Assembly (NCBI GenBank): GCA_024704765.1
Contig: JAKMXF010000158.1
Coordinates: 1-11,944, forward strand
Direction of reading: 5' to 3'
Length of the DNA stretch: 11,944 nucleotides
Source: Oopsacas minuta
Taxonomy: Eukaryota > Animalia > Porifera
Shown here: piece by piece, positions 8,714-11,944 of the stretch
Layout of the letters: every line of letters starts with the position of its first letter
Position numbering within the stretch: the stretch's first letter is position 1
Notes under the pieces: generated by a model
Database searches by the model: none
Told to the model about the DNA's origin: nothing
Seen by the model: only the letters and a program-made list of their open reading frames with translations
Program-made: the position numbers and the translations under genes

Positions 8714-9624
8714 TCCTTCACATATGGATGGTTCGAACCTTTATCCCCTGTAAAACTCCTATCCTAATTTTCCACATTGTGGGCCCTATCCGATATGCTG
8801 CTTATTCGTGTAAGACATGTTGTACTAACTGGCCTGTTCCATATTCCATAATTACCTCCACTGCCGCTAGCTCTTAGTCAATAATTACAAAATTTTGGTT
8901 ATCAGTCAAAGAGACCAATTGGATGTTTGTGGCATTTAATAGGATTATACTAAATCTTAAATAAATTCAGTGGCACATGCATAAACCGACATCTGTATAC
9001 ACCAGAGGCTCAATAATTCATCGGTCTTTCTAATCTAAATAGCTTCCGATAATACAAATTCACCTTAATAATCTGATAATTTGCTATGATGACAAATTTT
9101 CATGTCTCTATCCACAAAGAGTGCCGGTTATCCACTATTCAAGGATACTTAACTTGGATTCAGAGCTGCTGATGGGTCAATGGGTATATAATAAAATAAT
9201 GAGAATGTTATGTTACATTAGCCACCAATTGTGTTCTGTTTGACAAATTTAATATGTTGGGATGGGTCATCACCCAGGGGCATAGGTCATATAGGTCATT
9301 GCAGAGAGGTCTGTTTGAGTGACCCATTTGCCATTTGTTGGGAGGTACGTATTATGTAGTCCTGTGTGTATTAAATACCCCCTGTGCTGAGTGGTGGATC
9401 CAGGGGGGATAGGGGGATATATCCCCCACCAAGATAATTCACATGATATGAAATCACTCAAATCAGAGAGGAATTGGAAATTCATGCCAATACACGAATA
9501 CTGGCTCAAAACCCAAACCGTAAATTTCGGAAAGCTTCGCTCGCATCTTTCTCTAAAGATCATGTTATATTACCTTTCAGATAAATACAATATATTCTAT
9601 GGATGGTAGGGCTTGAACTGTAAC

Positions 9625-10081
9625 CAGGGCCGGATTAAGACTTTTTGCGGGGGCCTAGGCCATACATTTGGCGGCCCTACATATTCGCTAAGACTAAATA
9701 TAATTGTATGAAAATACATTCAATATGTAGAAAACTAGTAATTAGGTAAATGCATCATCACACTTTCCGTCAAATTTACCTTTTTCTTTATTTAATTTTT
9801 GCAAAATCATCAATGATATCCTGAAAGTCGATGTTTTTCGTCAAATCCGATTCAATACACAACAAAGACAGGTTACATAATTTGTCATCACACAATGTCG
9901 ATCGAAGCTCGTTCTTCACACTTTTCAATACAGAAAAGGATCGTTCTCCTGTAGTGTTAGCAGCTTGGTAGGAAATTGAGTCTGTTTCCAAAAATATCAA
10001 GCCTCGTTTCAATACTTTGCAGGAAATCTAATTATGCGCGGGGGGGCCCTAGGCCATGGCCTATGCCATAATCCACCCGTA
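9625..10081 (-). mobile_element. Internally deleted hAT element nested in the 9389-10420 element
   Basis: TSD ACTGTAAC (9617-9624 and 10082-10089; extends to 9-bp AACTGTAAC). Left terminus CAGGGCCCGGATTA; degenerate right terminus TAATCCACCCGTA. GGGGGCC(C)TAGGCC subterminal motifs near both ends. Carries a transposase tail. Confidence 0.8.
9788..10012 (-). pseudogene. hAT C-terminal dimerisation-domain fragment
   Basis: TTGERSFSVLKSVKNELRSTLCDDKLCNLSLLCIESDLTKNIDFQDIIDDFAKIK, homologous to the tail of the 4976-6850 transposase. Confidence 0.88.
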
Positions 10082-10930
10082 ACTGTAACGGTGGGTCTGT
10101 ACAGGTATTATGAACAAGACAACAATTGATACTCTTATGAATGTTTTGTCAAAATTTATACTTAGCTAATGTATTTGAATTTACCATGTGCAAGTGCAGT
10201 TGTATAACATATTCATATACACAATGAGATAATGTACTTACATAATCAACCAAAAAACTTCCATGCCAAATGTCTATTACTCAGTTAAGAGAAATAATTT
10301 CGAGATTCGAAGTCACCTGTCAGTAGAATGGCAACGAATTTGTGGAAAATAGGGCTTGTCGTCCAGACCCCCACCTAGATAATTATACCTCCCCATCATC
10401 AATACCTGAATCCGCTACTACCTGTGCTGTGTGCATGCGGTTATCCAGTGTTCCATCTATGGTATCCGGTGGTTATACCCCCAGAAGTTCTCATGTTTTG
10501 ACCTTACCCTAGGTATTTTCATTTAAGAATTTTCCTCTTCAGGATATTTGCGTGTACCACCGGGATTTTTGTTGTACACTCGGAATTTTGACAGAGCCTC
10601 CTGGCAGATATGGTGCGCAAAAAATTAGAGGGAAACCGGGTTAACCCCAGTGCACATTACAATTAGGATCAGTACCTGAGCTACCCAGAATGTCAATCTG
10701 CATGCGGAACTAGTACAAATAATGAAGATATACCAATTTCCTTTCTGTCAAAGTTTGGCAATACTAAAGTCTATCTAATTTTGTAGCTAGTACTCTAATA
10801 CATATTGACAACCTTTATGTATACAGATATGTCTACAGTGATTGAATATCATATATGCCAAGTTGACAACTTGTGTGAATAATAAAGCGAGACAGAAGGT
10901 ATTGATTTATCGGGACATCACTGGACGTAG

Positions 10931-11032
10931 ATATTCCAGTCTCTGAGCAACCAACTTCATTAACAGTAGACAATCATGATAGAGTTATAGTAGGGTGTAA
11001 TCATGCTGTGAATTGTCTACAGATATTTTTGA
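10931..11032 (+). pseudogene. NHL gene remnant, copy C (last blade only)
   Basis: IPVSEQPTSLTVDNHDRVIVGCNHAVNCLQIF aligns with the C-termini of A and B. An extra T before the stop; about 30 nt of 3' flank is also homologous. Not in the ORF track. Confidence 0.88.
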
Positions 11033-11347
11033 TATATAATTTTATCTATGTGTTGTACTTCTATATTTCTACATTTCCTTCCATAATTTTATGTGTTCAC
11101 GTATATCCTTACCCTGTAATTCTTGATTAGTTTCCTATTTATTCAAACTCTTAATTTTATATGTATTTCTGTTTCACATAATTTCCATGAGTATTCGAGA
11201 TGTATTGCATTTTCATTATTTCAATATTTTGCGAAGGATACGCCTGTGGGTTACCCGTGGGGTAAGCAAACAAACCCTTAAATCTAATACTTTTTCGTAA
11301 GATTTTATTCTATCATTCATTACTATCAACTCCCGTTATATCGAGTA

Positions 11348-11944
11348 CAGGGTGTTTCACAATTGATATCGTATTTTCTAAATTCGTTTATTATACACCC
11401 ATGCAATAATATTTGTGTATTTAAACTTGCAATCGTAATCTATCTTCCAGGGTTCTATTGAGTAGTTATTTCATTCATCAATCGAAACTTTTTATAGCTT
11501 CTATTTCCATATCCATATCCAAATTGGGCTAAATATTTGCATAATATAATGGTGAAAGAATACAGTATCATGATTCGCTCACAGGTTGTTGGCATGCTAC
11601 AAGCTGGCTCTTAGAAGTTTGTGTCTCTTAAACTTGGAGTTAATATCCCACTGTTCAGCGTTGGTGACGACTTTTCAGGAATGATTTGTCATTAGAAAAC
11701 AAGTGGCACGTGGCCGTAAATCATCCATATCGAAAGTTGCCAGGATTGTAATTACTAAATCAATTGGAAAATACGACAGTCTGTACGTAGTCTATCCAAG
11801 AAATTGAAGTTGAAAGGCCATCCCATATCTCAGAATACAGTGTATCGTTATTTGACAAAAGAAAAGGGCGTAAAATCTTACAAACGCCAGCGGCAGCCGT
11901 TAATAACAGAGAAAAACATTGCTGCTAGGTTAAAATTTTGTAAA
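11348..11944 (+). mobile_element. Left part of a second, diverged Tc1/mariner element (runs off the window)
   Basis: TA (11346-11347) followed by CAGGGTGTTTCACAATTG, then a transposase N-terminus from 11549. Confidence 0.85.
11549..11944 (+). pseudogene. Degenerate Tc1/mariner transposase N-terminus (HTH region)
   Basis: MVKEYSIMIRSQVVGMLQAG..LGVNI/TVQRW../RGRKSSISKVARIVITKSIGK/RQSVRSLSKKLKLKGHPISQNTVYRYLTKEKGVKSYKRQRQPLITEKNIAARLKFCK. About 34/78 identities to the 1460 transposase by manual alignment. Stops at 11612 and 11665 and at least three frameshifts. Confidence 0.87.

Larger units (their letters stand above)
9389..10420. mobile_element. Non-autonomous hAT-type element (about 567 bp once the nested insert is removed)
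   Basis: Exact 8-bp TSD CCTGTGCT (9381-9388 and 10421-10428); TIRs GAGTGGTGGATCCAGG vs TAGTAGCGGATTCAGG (12/16). Confidence 0.8.

Noticed and set aside
643-9609. Short ORFs 643-918, 1768-2052, 1800-2003, 2748-2936, 2933-3142, 3355-3594, 3658-3885, 4566-4880, 5030-5227, 5730-6068, 6578-6820, 8191-8406, 9270-9563, 9391-9609
   Set aside because: These are antisense shadows of transposases, translations across MITEs, or low-complexity AT-rich 3' flank. No recognisable domains, and several have non-ATG starts.
4550-11032. Near-equal spacing of the NHL stop codons (3229 and 3253 bp)
   Set aside because: The intervening sequences are unrelated and filled with different insertions, and one interval contains an N of uncertain size. 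Treated as coincidence.
1-11944. Prokaryotic defence system, CRISPR array or IS elements
   Set aside because: No direct-repeat/spacer array, no operon-like packing or RBS pattern. Splice signals, hAT/Tc1 elements with TSDs and pervasive decay indicate a eukaryotic nuclear genome.

Overview
AT-rich eukaryotic genomic DNA with no prokaryotic operon, CRISPR array or RNA gene. It is a transposon-riddled tandem cluster of NHL-repeat (six-bladed beta-propeller, TRIM71/LIN-41-like C-terminal domain) genes on the + strand: copy A (3894-4550, 5'-truncated, two nonsense codons), copy B (6893-7779, complete but for one 1-bp deletion) and a 3' remnant C (10931-11032). A duplicated segment carrying a GTGAGT splice donor lies upstream of A and of C. 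Around these are a full-length Tc1/mariner element with perfect 25-bp TIRs and a DD37E triad (1262-2602), a diverged relative running off the right edge (11348-), a probable third Tc1/mariner end at the left edge, a large ZMYM1/DUF4371-type hAT transposase relic on the - strand (4746-6850) cut off exactly at a single N, a 176-bp hAT-type MITE with an 8-bp TSD, and two nested non-autonomous hAT-type elements (9389-10420 containing 9625-10081). The NHL sequences resemble, from memory only, the expanded NHL family of the glass sponge Oopsacas; this taxonomic guess is unverified. Nearly all frameshifts are single-base losses, many in homopolymers, so some apparent pseudogenisation may be consensus error. 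I do not find evidence for a wholly new multi-gene system; the most interesting biology is the birth-and-death NHL array and the non-canonical DD37E transposon family.
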